A stretch of 64,000 nt of DNA, from the NCBI RefSeq assembly GCF_034090745.1, contig NZ_JAXDRZ010000008.1; one strand, given 5' to 3'. Positions 49,494 through 58,341 of this stretch are shown piece by piece. Within the stretch, counting starts at the first letter, position 1. Every line of letters starts with the position of its first letter. The notes below the pieces were generated by a model. The model saw only the letters and a list, made by a program, of their open reading frames with translations. It was not told the DNA's origin and did no database searches. The translations under genes and the position numbers were made by a program. The stretch is from Blautia sp. (GTDB lineage: Bacteria > Bacillota > Clostridia > Lachnospirales > Lachnospiraceae).

Positions 49494-50681
49494 ATGAAAA
49501 AAATAATGATTCTTGGCGCCAGTTATTCTCAGCTTCCTCTTTATGAGGAAGCAAAAAAACTGGGCATTTCAACAGTGGCTGCCAGCATTCCGGGAGAATG
49601 GCCGGGATTTCAGGCAGCCGATGAATTTACTTATACAGATATATCAGATCCTGATGCTGTACATAAGGCGGCAGAAAGGCTTCATGTAGACGGGATTGCC
49701 ACCTGCTGTCTGGATACCGGAGTGAGGGCTCTGGGTTATGCCTGTGAACAGCTGGGGCTGAAAGGACTGAGTGCGAAAGCTGCGGAAATCAGCAGTAATA
49801 AATTCAAAATGAAAGAAGCATTTATGGCAGGAGGGGTAAACTGTGCACGTCACATCTGTGTCCGAAACAGACAGGAGCTTGCAGAAGCTTTGGAATGTCT
49901 GAAATTTCCTGTAGTTCTTAAGGCAGTGGATCTGATGGGAAGCAGAGGAATCTTCCGGTGCAATACAAAAGAAGAAGCATTTGAGCGGTATGAAGATACG
50001 ATGAAGGCTACCGGAAAAGATTACTGTCTGGCAGAGGAGTTTATTGAGGGTGAAACGCTTGGCTGTGAGGCGATGATCTCCAATGGAAAGCTGCTTTATT
50101 GTCTTCCGAACAATATCGATGCTTTTCAGAGTTATGTACCAACACCCATAGGGCATTCTGTTCCCTACAGAAAACAGGAGACCCTGGGAGCAAAGGTGGA
50201 AGAGCAGGTAATGCTTGCCATTCAGGCAGTGGGGCTTGATAATTGTGCTGTCAATTGTGATCTGATCGAAAAAGATGGAAATATCTATGTGATCGAGATT
50301 ACGGGAAGGGCGGGTGCAACCTGTCTGCCGGAAACAGTAGGCTTATATTATGGAATAAATTATTATGAGGCAATCGTGCGGCTTGCCATGGATATGGAGC
50401 CGGAAAAATTATTTGCCGGTTACAAACCCCGGCAGTCCAGTCTTTCCAGGATATTGACTTCGGACAGATGCGGCATTGTAAAAGAAATCCATAATGGAAA
50501 TTGTCCGGCAGAGGATATTATTGATCTTTCTTTTAATATTCAGCCGGGAGATCAGGTGAACCGTTACGAAAATGGAAGAGACCGTATTGGCCAGGTGATC
50601 CTGACAGGGGAAAATCTGGATGCCTGTGAAAAGCGTCTGGAGGATATTTTGTCGAAAATTAACATTGAATTTACAGTATGA
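49494..50681 (+). CDS. ATP-grasp domain protein (amide-ligase type)
   Basis: VVLKAVDLMGSRGI, AEEFIEGET and YVIEITGRAGA motifs; similar layout to the upstream ATP-grasp. Confidence 0.82.
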   Translation: MKKIMILGASYSQLPLYEEAKKLGISTVAASIPGEWPGFQAADEFTYTDISDPDAVHKAAERLHVDGIATCCLDTGVRALGYACEQLGLKGLSAKAAEISSNKFKMKEAFMAGGVNCARHICVRNRQELAEALECLKFPVVLKAVDLMGSRGIFRCNTKEEAFERYEDTMKATGKDYCLAEEFIEGETLGCEAMISNGKLLYCLPNNIDAFQSYVPTPIGHSVPYRKQETLGAKVEEQVMLAIQAVGLDNCAVNCDLIEKDGNIYVIEITGRAGATCLPETVGLYYGINYYEAIVRLAMDMEPEKLFAGYKPRQSSLSRILTSDRCGIVKEIHNGNCPAEDIIDLSFNIQPGDQVNRYENGRDRIGQVILTGENLDACEKRLEDILSKINIEFTV

Positions 50682-50696
50682 TTGTGAGAGAATAAC

Positions 50697-51080
50697 ATGA
50701 GAAATGACCATGACTCAAAAAAAAGTACATATCTGCTGCTTCATATCAGTCTTTTGTTCAGCTCATTAAGCGGTGTCTGCTCTAAAATGGCTTCCGGATA
50801 TACAGACCGTATTTTTTCACTGCAGTTTATTTTTTGGTTCGGGCTGGTGTTTGTGATCATGTTCGGCTATGCAGTGATCTGGCAGCAGATCCTGAAGCGT
50901 ATGCCCCTGACAGTGGCATATGCCAACCGCCCTGTGACATTGATCTGGGGCATTATTTGGGGCGCGCTGATTTTTGGCGAAAAGATTACATGGAATATGA
51001 TTGCCGGAGCAGTGATCATTTTTGCCGGAATCTATCTGGTAACCTCAGAAAATTTACAGAAGGGCGGTGAGAAACATTGA
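50697..51080 (+). CDS. SMR/EamA-like 4-TM protein (ArnE/ArnF-like flippase subunit)
   Basis: 127 aa with four TM segments; WQQILKRMPLTVAY and LIFGEKIT motifs. Confidence 0.75.
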   Translation: MRNDHDSKKSTYLLLHISLLFSSLSGVCSKMASGYTDRIFSLQFIFWFGLVFVIMFGYAVIWQQILKRMPLTVAYANRPVTLIWGIIWGALIFGEKITWNMIAGAVIIFAGIYLVTSENLQKGGEKH

Positions 51081-51421
51081 GTAGTTTTCAGATATCTGTA
51101 TGTATCCTGCTTCTGTCTGTATTTATCTCATCTGTTTCTCAGATTATCCTGAAAAAAGCAGCAAATAAAACATATGACAGCCCGCTGAAGGAATATCTGA
51201 ATCCTATGGTGATCGGAGCCTACGGCCTTTTTTTCTGCTCTGTGATCCTTACTATGCTGGCACTGCGGAATCTGCCCCTTTCGATGTCGCCGATTCTGGA
51301 ATCCACGGGGTATATTTTTGTTTCGGTGATGGGATATTTCTTTCTGAAAGAAAGATTCAGCAAAAGGAAACTTATGGGATTTGCCCTGATACTTGCGGGG
51401 ATCTTTATATTTAACCTATAG
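51077..51421 (+). CDS. SMR/EamA-like 4-TM protein (partner subunit)
   Basis: 114 aa; SQIILKK, ALRNLPLS and FFLKERFS motifs; 4-nt overlap with the previous gene; TTG start. Confidence 0.75.
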   Translation: MSSFQISVCILLLSVFISSVSQIILKKAANKTYDSPLKEYLNPMVIGAYGLFFCSVILTMLALRNLPLSMSPILESTGYIFVSVMGYFFLKERFSKRKLMGFALILAGIFIFNL

Positions 51422-51437
51422 AAACGAGGGAGAAAAG

Positions 51438-52406
51438 ATGCTGGTATCGATTGTCATACCGTGCTATAATTCAGAGCACACCATCGGCAAGGTGGTGGAG
51501 CTTGCAATAGAAGAGTTCAAGAAACTAAAAGATTATGAATGTGAGTTTGTGCTTGTAAACGATTATTCCAGAGACGGTACCTGGAAGTCCATTCATGGAC
51601 TGACAGAGAAATACCCGAATGTAAAAGGAATCAACCTTGCAAAAAATTTCGGCCAGCATAATGCTATTATGGCAGGAATGAATTATGCAGAGGGAGATCT
51701 GATCCTGGGGATGGATGACGATATGCAGAATCATCCTTCTCAGATTCCGCAGTTTTTGGATAAGATGGAAGAAGGCTATGACATTGTGTTCGGAGTTTTT
51801 AAACAAAGGAAATTTTCCTGGTTTAAAAATCTTACAGGAGCAGTAAGCCGCTTCCTTCTGTGGCATCTTCTGGACCGCCCGAAGGATATCCAGATGAGCA
51901 GCTTCTGGTGCTGCCGGAAGTACGTCAGGGATGAAGTGGTAAAATATGACGGGTACAATACTTTTCTTCAGGTACTGTTTTTCCGCACCACACATAATAT
52001 TGCAAATATAGAGATCGAGCATTTTGAAAGAGAGGTAGGGACTTCCAATTATAATTTCAGGAGAGGTCTGAAACTTTTTATGTCCTGCCTGAATTTTACG
52101 GTAATCCCTCTCCGGCTTGCGACTTTTTTTGGAACATTGTTTTCGGCGGCCGGATTTATTGGGGCAATTGTAGTATTTATCCGTAAATTGCTGGATCCGT
52201 CCATAGCAATTGGCTGGTCTTCTCTTATGTGTGCCATGCTGGTACTGTTTGGCATCTGTTTCCTGATGCTTGGCATTGTAGGAGAATATCTGGGCAAGCT
52301 GATGCTGAATGTGAACAAAACACCCCAGTATGTGATCCGGGACAGAGAAAATATTTCTGAAGCAGCTGACAACAAGGATGAAGAAAAACAGGGAAATAAA
52401 GAATGA
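51438..52406 (+). CDS. GT2 polyprenol-phosphate glycosyltransferase (ArnC/GtrB-like)
   Basis: SIVIPCYN, VNDYSRD, KNFGQHNA and MDDDMQN motifs with two C-terminal TM segments. Confidence 0.88.
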   Translation: MLVSIVIPCYNSEHTIGKVVELAIEEFKKLKDYECEFVLVNDYSRDGTWKSIHGLTEKYPNVKGINLAKNFGQHNAIMAGMNYAEGDLILGMDDDMQNHPSQIPQFLDKMEEGYDIVFGVFKQRKFSWFKNLTGAVSRFLLWHLLDRPKDIQMSSFWCCRKYVRDEVVKYDGYNTFLQVLFFRTTHNIANIEIEHFEREVGTSNYNFRRGLKLFMSCLNFTVIPLRLATFFGTLFSAAGFIGAIVVFIRKLLDPSIAIGWSSLMCAMLVLFGICFLMLGIVGEYLGKLMLNVNKTPQYVIRDRENISEAADNKDEEKQGNKE

Positions 52407-53530
52407 TAGATTTTAACAGACCTGCACTTGTAGGGAAAGAACTGAATTATATTAAAGATGCCGTGGATCAGGGAATGCTCTGCGGTGACGGTAAATATAC
52501 AAAACTCTGCTCACAGTGGATGAAGGAAAGGTTTCATGCATCTCAGGTGTTTCTGACCACTTCCTGCACACACGCACTGGAGATGGCAGCGTATCTTTGC
52601 GATATCCAGCCGGGAGATGAGGTGATCATGCCTTCTTATACATTTGTATCTACTGCAGATGCTTTTGTACTTCGTGGGGCAAAGATCGTGTTCGTGGATA
52701 TCCGGCCGGATACCATGAATATAGATGAAAAGCTGATCGAACAGGCAGTTACAGAAAAAACAAAAGCTATAGTGCCTGTCCATTATGCAGGTGTTTCCTG
52801 TGAAATGGACCGGATCATGGAGCTGGCGAAAAAATATGATCTGAAAGTAGTGGAAGATGCCGCCCAGGGTGTGGAGGCCTACTACCATGGAAAGGCTCTC
52901 GGAACGATCGGTGATTTTGGATGTTACAGTTTTCATGAGACAAAGAATTATACTATGGGAGAGGGCGGAGCTCTGGTATTTCAGGACAACCAGTACCAGG
53001 AAAAAGCAGAGATCCTCAGAGAAAAAGGAACGGACAGAAGTAAATTTTTCCGGGGACAGGTAGATAAATACCGATGGATCGATTATGGATCCTCTTATCT
53101 TCCAAGTGAAATGAATGCGGCTTATCTGTATGCCCAGCTTGAGGAAGCAGAAAAGATCGATGGCAAGCGCCACCAGATCTACGACTATTATAATGAAGGT
53201 CTTAAGAGCCTTGAGGAACAGGAGAAGATCCAGAGACCTGTTGTTCCGGAAGGATGCAAACATAATGCGCATATGTATTATATTAAAGTAAAAGATCTCG
53301 AAACAAGGAGCCGTCTGATCGCCTACCTGAAAGAAAACGGAATCTGCACAGCCTTTCACTATGTACCGCTGCACAGTTCGCCGGCAGGAGAGAAATTTGG
53401 AAGATTTTCTGGAGAAGATGTTTATACTACAAAAGAAAGTGAACGTCTTTTGCGTCTTCCGATGTTTTACAATCTGTCCATGTCTGATGTAGAATATATT
53501 ACAGAAAAGATACTTGCGTTTGAGTTTTGA
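52403..53530 (+). CDS. rffA: dTDP-4-amino-4,6-dideoxygalactose transaminase (WecE/RffA-like)
   Basis: SCTHALE, TFVSTA, VEDAAQ, SFHETKNY (PLP Lys) and FFRGQVDKY motifs; close to enterobacterial WecE as recalled. Confidence 0.88.
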   Translation: MIDFNRPALVGKELNYIKDAVDQGMLCGDGKYTKLCSQWMKERFHASQVFLTTSCTHALEMAAYLCDIQPGDEVIMPSYTFVSTADAFVLRGAKIVFVDIRPDTMNIDEKLIEQAVTEKTKAIVPVHYAGVSCEMDRIMELAKKYDLKVVEDAAQGVEAYYHGKALGTIGDFGCYSFHETKNYTMGEGGALVFQDNQYQEKAEILREKGTDRSKFFRGQVDKYRWIDYGSSYLPSEMNAAYLYAQLEEAEKIDGKRHQIYDYYNEGLKSLEEQEKIQRPVVPEGCKHNAHMYYIKVKDLETRSRLIAYLKENGICTAFHYVPLHSSPAGEKFGRFSGEDVYTTKESERLLRLPMFYNLSMSDVEYITEKILAFEF

Positions 53531-53544
53531 CGGAGGAGAGAAGA

Positions 53545-54807
53545 ATGAGAAAAAAATTTGCAGGTGCGGCAGTTCTGGGACTGATATCCATGATTCTGCC
53601 GGCATCCACTGTACAGGCAGTAACTGTAAACTTTGGGACACCGGCAGCAGTAGCTACAGATAATATTCAGGGCTGGCCAAAGGGACCGGATACAGTTTCC
53701 GAGACAGCCGTGCTTATTGACGCAGACACAGGAGCTGTCCTTTATGATAAAGGAATGGACGAATACAGATATCCGGCCAGTACTACAAAAATCATGACCG
53801 TGCTTACAGCAATCGAAAACAGCTCACCAAAAGACACCGTTACTTTTACAGAAACCGGAGTCAGAGATGTAACCTGGGACAGTTCCAACATTGGAATGAA
53901 GCTGGGAGAGACCATCACCATGAAAGACTGCTGGTTTGCAGCGATCATTAAATCGGCCAATGAAGTATGTGCCCAGATGGCAGAATATGTAGGCGGTACA
54001 GAGGCTCAGTTTATAGAGATGATGAACCAGAGGGCAAAGGAGATCGGATGTAAGAATACACATTTTGCCAATGCCAGCGGTCTCCCGGATGCAAACCACT
54101 ATACAACTGCTCATGACCTGGCCAAGATCATGAGGGCAGGTCTTAGAAACCACAGGTTCCGTCAGGTGATCAGCGGAGTTAATTATACTATTCCGGCTAC
54201 GAACCTCAGCGAAGCCAGAGGGATGCATACCCATATGCCTTTGATGGCAAAGGAATCCAATCTTTATTATGAAGGATGTATTGGCGGAAAGACCGGAAAT
54301 ACCAATGATGCAGGACATACGCTTGTAACTGCAGCAGAAAGAAACGGCCGCACATATATAGCGGTAACGCTTCGGGCACCGGATCTTGGAGCAAACTGTA
54401 CCGATACGATTGCACTTTTTGATTATGCATTTAATAATTTTGATACAATAACTTTAAATGGAAAAAATATGACAGTACCTAAAGGGGTTACTGTGGATGA
54501 CCTTACTGTAAAAACAAAAGAAAAAAATGGACAGATCATGAATCAGTTTTATTACAGCGGTCAGTTTGTAGGCTATCTCATGACTCCAAAGTTTTCCCCT
54601 ACCCCTCAGGTAACACAGACTGTATCGGCAGAAAGTAATGCGCAGTCTGTCAGCGGATCAGCAGAAACCGTTTCGGAAGAGGAAAGCAGTTTGTCAGATA
54701 CTTCAAAACTGCTTCTGGGAGTCATGGCAGTTATGGCAGTGACTCTTGTGATCTTAATGGTGGCACTGCATTTCAAAGAGAAAAAAATGTACAGAACCAG
54801 ACGATAA
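53545..54807 (+). CDS. D-alanyl-D-alanine carboxypeptidase (peptidase S11) with C-terminal TM anchor
   Basis: ASTTK (SxxK), KSAN (SxN) and KTG motifs; signal peptide; C-terminal hydrophobic helix; ATG at 53545 follows GGAGG. Confidence 0.88.
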   Translation: MRKKFAGAAVLGLISMILPASTVQAVTVNFGTPAAVATDNIQGWPKGPDTVSETAVLIDADTGAVLYDKGMDEYRYPASTTKIMTVLTAIENSSPKDTVTFTETGVRDVTWDSSNIGMKLGETITMKDCWFAAIIKSANEVCAQMAEYVGGTEAQFIEMMNQRAKEIGCKNTHFANASGLPDANHYTTAHDLAKIMRAGLRNHRFRQVISGVNYTIPATNLSEARGMHTHMPLMAKESNLYYEGCIGGKTGNTNDAGHTLVTAAERNGRTYIAVTLRAPDLGANCTDTIALFDYAFNNFDTITLNGKNMTVPKGVTVDDLTVKTKEKNGQIMNQFYYSGQFVGYLMTPKFSPTPQVTQTVSAESNAQSVSGSAETVSEEESSLSDTSKLLLGVMAVMAVTLVILMVALHFKEKKMYRTRR

Positions 54808-54819
54808 GGAGGAGAAAAT

Positions 54820-55698
54820 ATGAAGGGAATTATTTTAGCAGGCGGTTCAGGAACCAGATTATATCCATTAACAAAGGCAATCTCCAAACAGATCATGCCG
54901 GTATATGACAAGCCAATGATCTACTATCCGCTTTCTACACTGATGCTGGCAGGAATCCGTGAGATCCTGATCATTTCCACACCGAGAGATCTTCCTGTAT
55001 TCCAGGAACTTCTTGGAGACGGAAAACAGCTGGGAATGAGATTTGAGTATGCGGTGCAGGAGCAGCCGAGAGGACTGGCAGACGCTTTTATTATCGGAGA
55101 GGAATTTATTGGAAACGATGCAGTGGCTCTTGTTCTGGGCGATAATATTTTTTATGGCCAGAGCTTTTCCAGAGTACTCCAGAATGCATATCAGAGAACG
55201 GAGACAGAAAAGGGAGCAACCATTTTTGGATACTATGTAAGAGATCCGAGAGAGTACGGAGTAGTAGAGTTTGACGAAAACGGAAAGGCTCTTTCTATTG
55301 AAGAAAAACCGGAGCATCCCAAGTCAAATTATGCAGTTCCGGGACTTTATTTCTATGATAATGATGTAGTGGAGATCGCAAAAAACGTGAAGCCATCTGC
55401 AAGAGGCGAGATTGAGATCACCAGCATTAACAACGAATATCTGAACAGAGGCACTCTCAAGGTAGAAACCCTTGGAAGAGGCTTTGCATGGCTTGATACC
55501 GGAAATCATGATTCTCTTCTTGATGCGGCTGATTTTGTTTCTGCGTTCCAGAAGCGTCAGGGACTTTATATTTCCTGTATTGAGGAAATTGCATATAAAC
55601 GTGGATTTATCACAAAAGAGCAGCTTGTGGAACTGGCGCAGCCTCTTCTGAAAACTGCTTATGGAAAATATATGATCGAAGTTGCGGAGGGCTTATAA
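54820..55698 (+). CDS. rfbA: Glucose-1-phosphate thymidylyltransferase
   Basis: [25 protein letters not shown] and RGELEIT-like RGEIEIT motifs. Confidence 0.97.
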   Translation: MKGIILAGGSGTRLYPLTKAISKQIMPVYDKPMIYYPLSTLMLAGIREILIISTPRDLPVFQELLGDGKQLGMRFEYAVQEQPRGLADAFIIGEEFIGNDAVALVLGDNIFYGQSFSRVLQNAYQRTETEKGATIFGYYVRDPREYGVVEFDENGKALSIEEKPEHPKSNYAVPGLYFYDNDVVEIAKNVKPSARGEIEITSINNEYLNRGTLKVETLGRGFAWLDTGNHDSLLDAADFVSAFQKRQGLYISCIEEIAYKRGFITKEQLVELAQPLLKTAYGKYMIEVAEGL

Positions 55699-55699
55699 A

Positions 55700-56269
55700 A
55701 TGGGAAAGATCACAGTAGAAACCTGTCATATTGAAGGACTGAAGGTGATTACGCCGGCAGTGTTCGGAGACGAACGCGGATACTTTATGGAGACTTATAA
55801 TTATAATGACTATAAGGCGGCAGGGATCGATCAGGAGTTTGTGCAGGATAATCAGTCCAGCTCCAGAAAAGGCGTTTTAAGAGGACTTCATTTCCAGATC
55901 AACTATCCCCAGGACAAGCTGGTTCGTGTAGTCAGCGGCGAGGTATTTGATGTGGCCGTAGACCTGAGAGAAGGTTCTCCTACTTACGGGCAGTGGTATG
56001 GCGTGCTGCTTTCTGCGGAGAACAAAAAACAGTTTTTTATTCCCAAGAATTTTGCACATGGTTTTCTGGTGCTTTCAGATTCCGCAGAATTTGCCTATAA
56101 ATGCACAGACTTTTATCATCCGAATGATGAGGGCGGTCTGGCATACAACGACCCGGACATTGCAGTAGAGTGGCCGATCCCAGAGGGAATGGAACTGATC
56201 ATGTCCGAAAAAGATCAGAAGTGGGGAAGCTTTCAGGAATATTCCGCAAACAGGAGCAAAAAGGATTGA
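55700..56269 (+). CDS. rfbC: dTDP-4-dehydrorhamnose 3,5-epimerase
   Basis: DERGYFME, QDNQSSS, LRGLHFQ and FAHGF motifs; ATG at 55700 follows GGAGG. Confidence 0.95.
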   Translation: MGKITVETCHIEGLKVITPAVFGDERGYFMETYNYNDYKAAGIDQEFVQDNQSSSRKGVLRGLHFQINYPQDKLVRVVSGEVFDVAVDLREGSPTYGQWYGVLLSAENKKQFFIPKNFAHGFLVLSDSAEFAYKCTDFYHPNDEGGLAYNDPDIAVEWPIPEGMELIMSEKDQKWGSFQEYSANRSKKD

Positions 56270-57072
56270 AAAAAGAAACCTGGCTGTCAGGGGAACTTTA
56301 CAGGAACAGAAGATTAGTATTTTCCCTGGCAAAAAACGACTTTAAAACAAAATATGCAGGTTCCTATTTTGGAACCGTCTGGGCTTTTATCCAGCCTATT
56401 GTGACCATCTGTGTGTACTGGTTTGTATTCGGACTTGCCCTGAGAAACGGAGCGGACAGAGGGGTACCCTTTGTGCTTTGGCTGGTGGCTGGTCTGGTAC
56501 CCTGGTTTTTCTTTCAGGACGGACTGGTAGGCGGTACCAATGCACTTCTGGAATACAATTATCTGGTAAAAAAGGTAGTATTTAATATACGGATCCTTCC
56601 GGTGGTAAAGGTGATCTCAGCAGCTTTTGTACACTGCTTTTTTGTGCTGATCGTGCTTGTGATCTACACCTGTATGGGATATCCTCCTACCTGGTATGCA
56701 CTGCAGCTGATCTATTACAGCTTCTGTGTTTTTATGCTGATCCTTGCAGTGACTTATTTTTCCAGCGCAGTGGTGGTATTTTTCCGTGACCTCAGTCAGA
56801 TCATCAACATTGGTCTGCAGGTAGGCGTGTGGGTGACCCCTATCATGTGGAACTTTAACGATCTTGGTCTTGAAGGGATTCTGACAAAAATTCTGAAACT
56901 GAATCCTGTGTTCTATGTGGTACAGGGATATCGTGATTCCCTGATCGACCATATCGGAATCTGGCAGCATCCATGGCTGACCCTGTACTTCTGGGTATTT
57001 ACCATTTTGCTGTTTGTTCTGGGAACGCGGCTGTTTAAGAAGCTTCAGGTACACTTTGCAGATGTCATGTAA
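56266..57072 (+). CDS. Polysaccharide ABC exporter permease (Wzm/TagG family)
   Basis: KYAGSYFGTVWAFIQP, FRDLSQI and LNPVFY motifs; TTG at 56266 overlaps the rfbC stop (the ORF track starts at 56170). Confidence 0.9.
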   Translation: MKKETWLSGELYRNRRLVFSLAKNDFKTKYAGSYFGTVWAFIQPIVTICVYWFVFGLALRNGADRGVPFVLWLVAGLVPWFFFQDGLVGGTNALLEYNYLVKKVVFNIRILPVVKVISAAFVHCFFVLIVLVIYTCMGYPPTWYALQLIYYSFCVFMLILAVTYFSSAVVVFFRDLSQIINIGLQVGVWVTPIMWNFNDLGLEGILTKILKLNPVFYVVQGYRDSLIDHIGIWQHPWLTLYFWVFTILLFVLGTRLFKKLQVHFADVM

Positions 57073-57084
57073 ATGGAGAGTAAG

Positions 57085-58341
57085 ATGAGTGAAATTGCAA
57101 TTCAGGTAAAACATCTGGATAAGATGTATAAATTATATAACAAACCTTCTGACAGGCTCCGGGAAACCCTGGGGCTTAAGGTGCCTGTAAGGGAACATTA
57201 TGCCCTCAGAGATGTAAACTTTCAGGTGGAGAGGGGAGAGACGGTAGGAATTATCGGAACCAATGGTTCCGGTAAATCTACAATCTTAAAAATCATCACA
57301 GGAGTTCTGAACCCAACAGCCGGAGAAGTGACCGTAAACGGAAGGATTTCGGCTCTTCTGGAGCTGGGAGCCGGATTTAACACGGAATATACCGGGATCG
57401 AAAACATTTATCTCAACGGAACCATGATGGGATTTTCCAGAGAAGAGGTGGACGCAAGGCTTCAGGATATTCTGGACTTTGCAGATATCGGAGATTTTGT
57501 TTACCAGCCGGTAAAAGCATATTCCAGCGGAATGTTTGTCCGCCTGGCTTTTGCGGTAGCCATCAACATTGATCCGGAGATCCTGATCGTAGACGAGGCT
57601 CTGTCTGTGGGCGATGTATTTTTCCAGGCCAAATGTTACCGTAAATTCGAGGAATTTAAAAAAATGGGCAGGACTATTCTTTTTGTCAGCCACGATCTCA
57701 GCAGTATCTCCCGCTATTGCGACAGGGTTATCCTTCTTAACAAAGGAGTAAAAATGGAGGAAGGCTCTCCAAAGCAGATGGTGGATATGTATAAACAGCT
57801 TCTGGTGGGTCAGGATCCTGCAAAGGCAGAGGAAAATAAGGAAACCCAGAAGGAGAACTGGAGCGAGCAGTTCCAGGTGAACCCCAATATGCTGGAATAT
57901 GGCAGTAAGCTGGCAGAAATTGTGGATTTTGCAGTGCTGGATGAGAAAGGTCTGTGTACAAACACCATTGAAAAAGGAAGTTCCTTCCAGATTAAAATGA
58001 AGGTTGTTTTTCATGAGAGTATCCAGGAACCGATCATGGCTTATACCTTTAAGGATATTAAAGGAACCGAGATCACAGGAACCAACACTCTTTTTGAAAA
58101 AATGGCTGTGGAGCATTCGGAAGCAGGCGATACCTGTACAGTAACCTTTCGGCAGGATATGTTCCTTCAGGGAGGCGAATATCTCCTTTCCTTTGGATGT
58201 ACCGGTTATAAGGACGGGGAGTTCACTGTTTTCCACAGACTGTATGACGCATGTAACATTACGGTAGTTTCCAATAAAAATACCGTTGGTTTTTATGATA
58301 TGAACTCGAAAGTAGAGATTCACTACGGAGAAAAAGCATGA
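57085..58341 (+). CDS. Polysaccharide ABC exporter ATPase with C-terminal Wzt_C-like domain
   Basis: GTNGSGKST, YSSGM and IVDEALSVGD motifs; about 170-aa C-terminal extension ending GEYLLSFG. Confidence 0.92.
   Translation: MSEIAIQVKHLDKMYKLYNKPSDRLRETLGLKVPVREHYALRDVNFQVERGETVGIIGTNGSGKSTILKIITGVLNPTAGEVTVNGRISALLELGAGFNTEYTGIENIYLNGTMMGFSREEVDARLQDILDFADIGDFVYQPVKAYSSGMFVRLAFAVAINIDPEILIVDEALSVGDVFFQAKCYRKFEEFKKMGRTILFVSHDLSSISRYCDRVILLNKGVKMEEGSPKQMVDMYKQLLVGQDPAKAEENKETQKENWSEQFQVNPNMLEYGSKLAEIVDFAVLDEKGLCTNTIEKGSSFQIKMKVVFHESIQEPIMAYTFKDIKGTEITGTNTLFEKMAVEHSEAGDTCTVTFRQDMFLQGGEYLLSFGCTGYKDGEFTVFHRLYDACNITVVSNKNTVGFYDMNSKVEIHYGEKA

Noticed and set aside
52511-53641. 376-aa minus-strand ORF
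   Set aside because: Antisense to rffA; no motifs.
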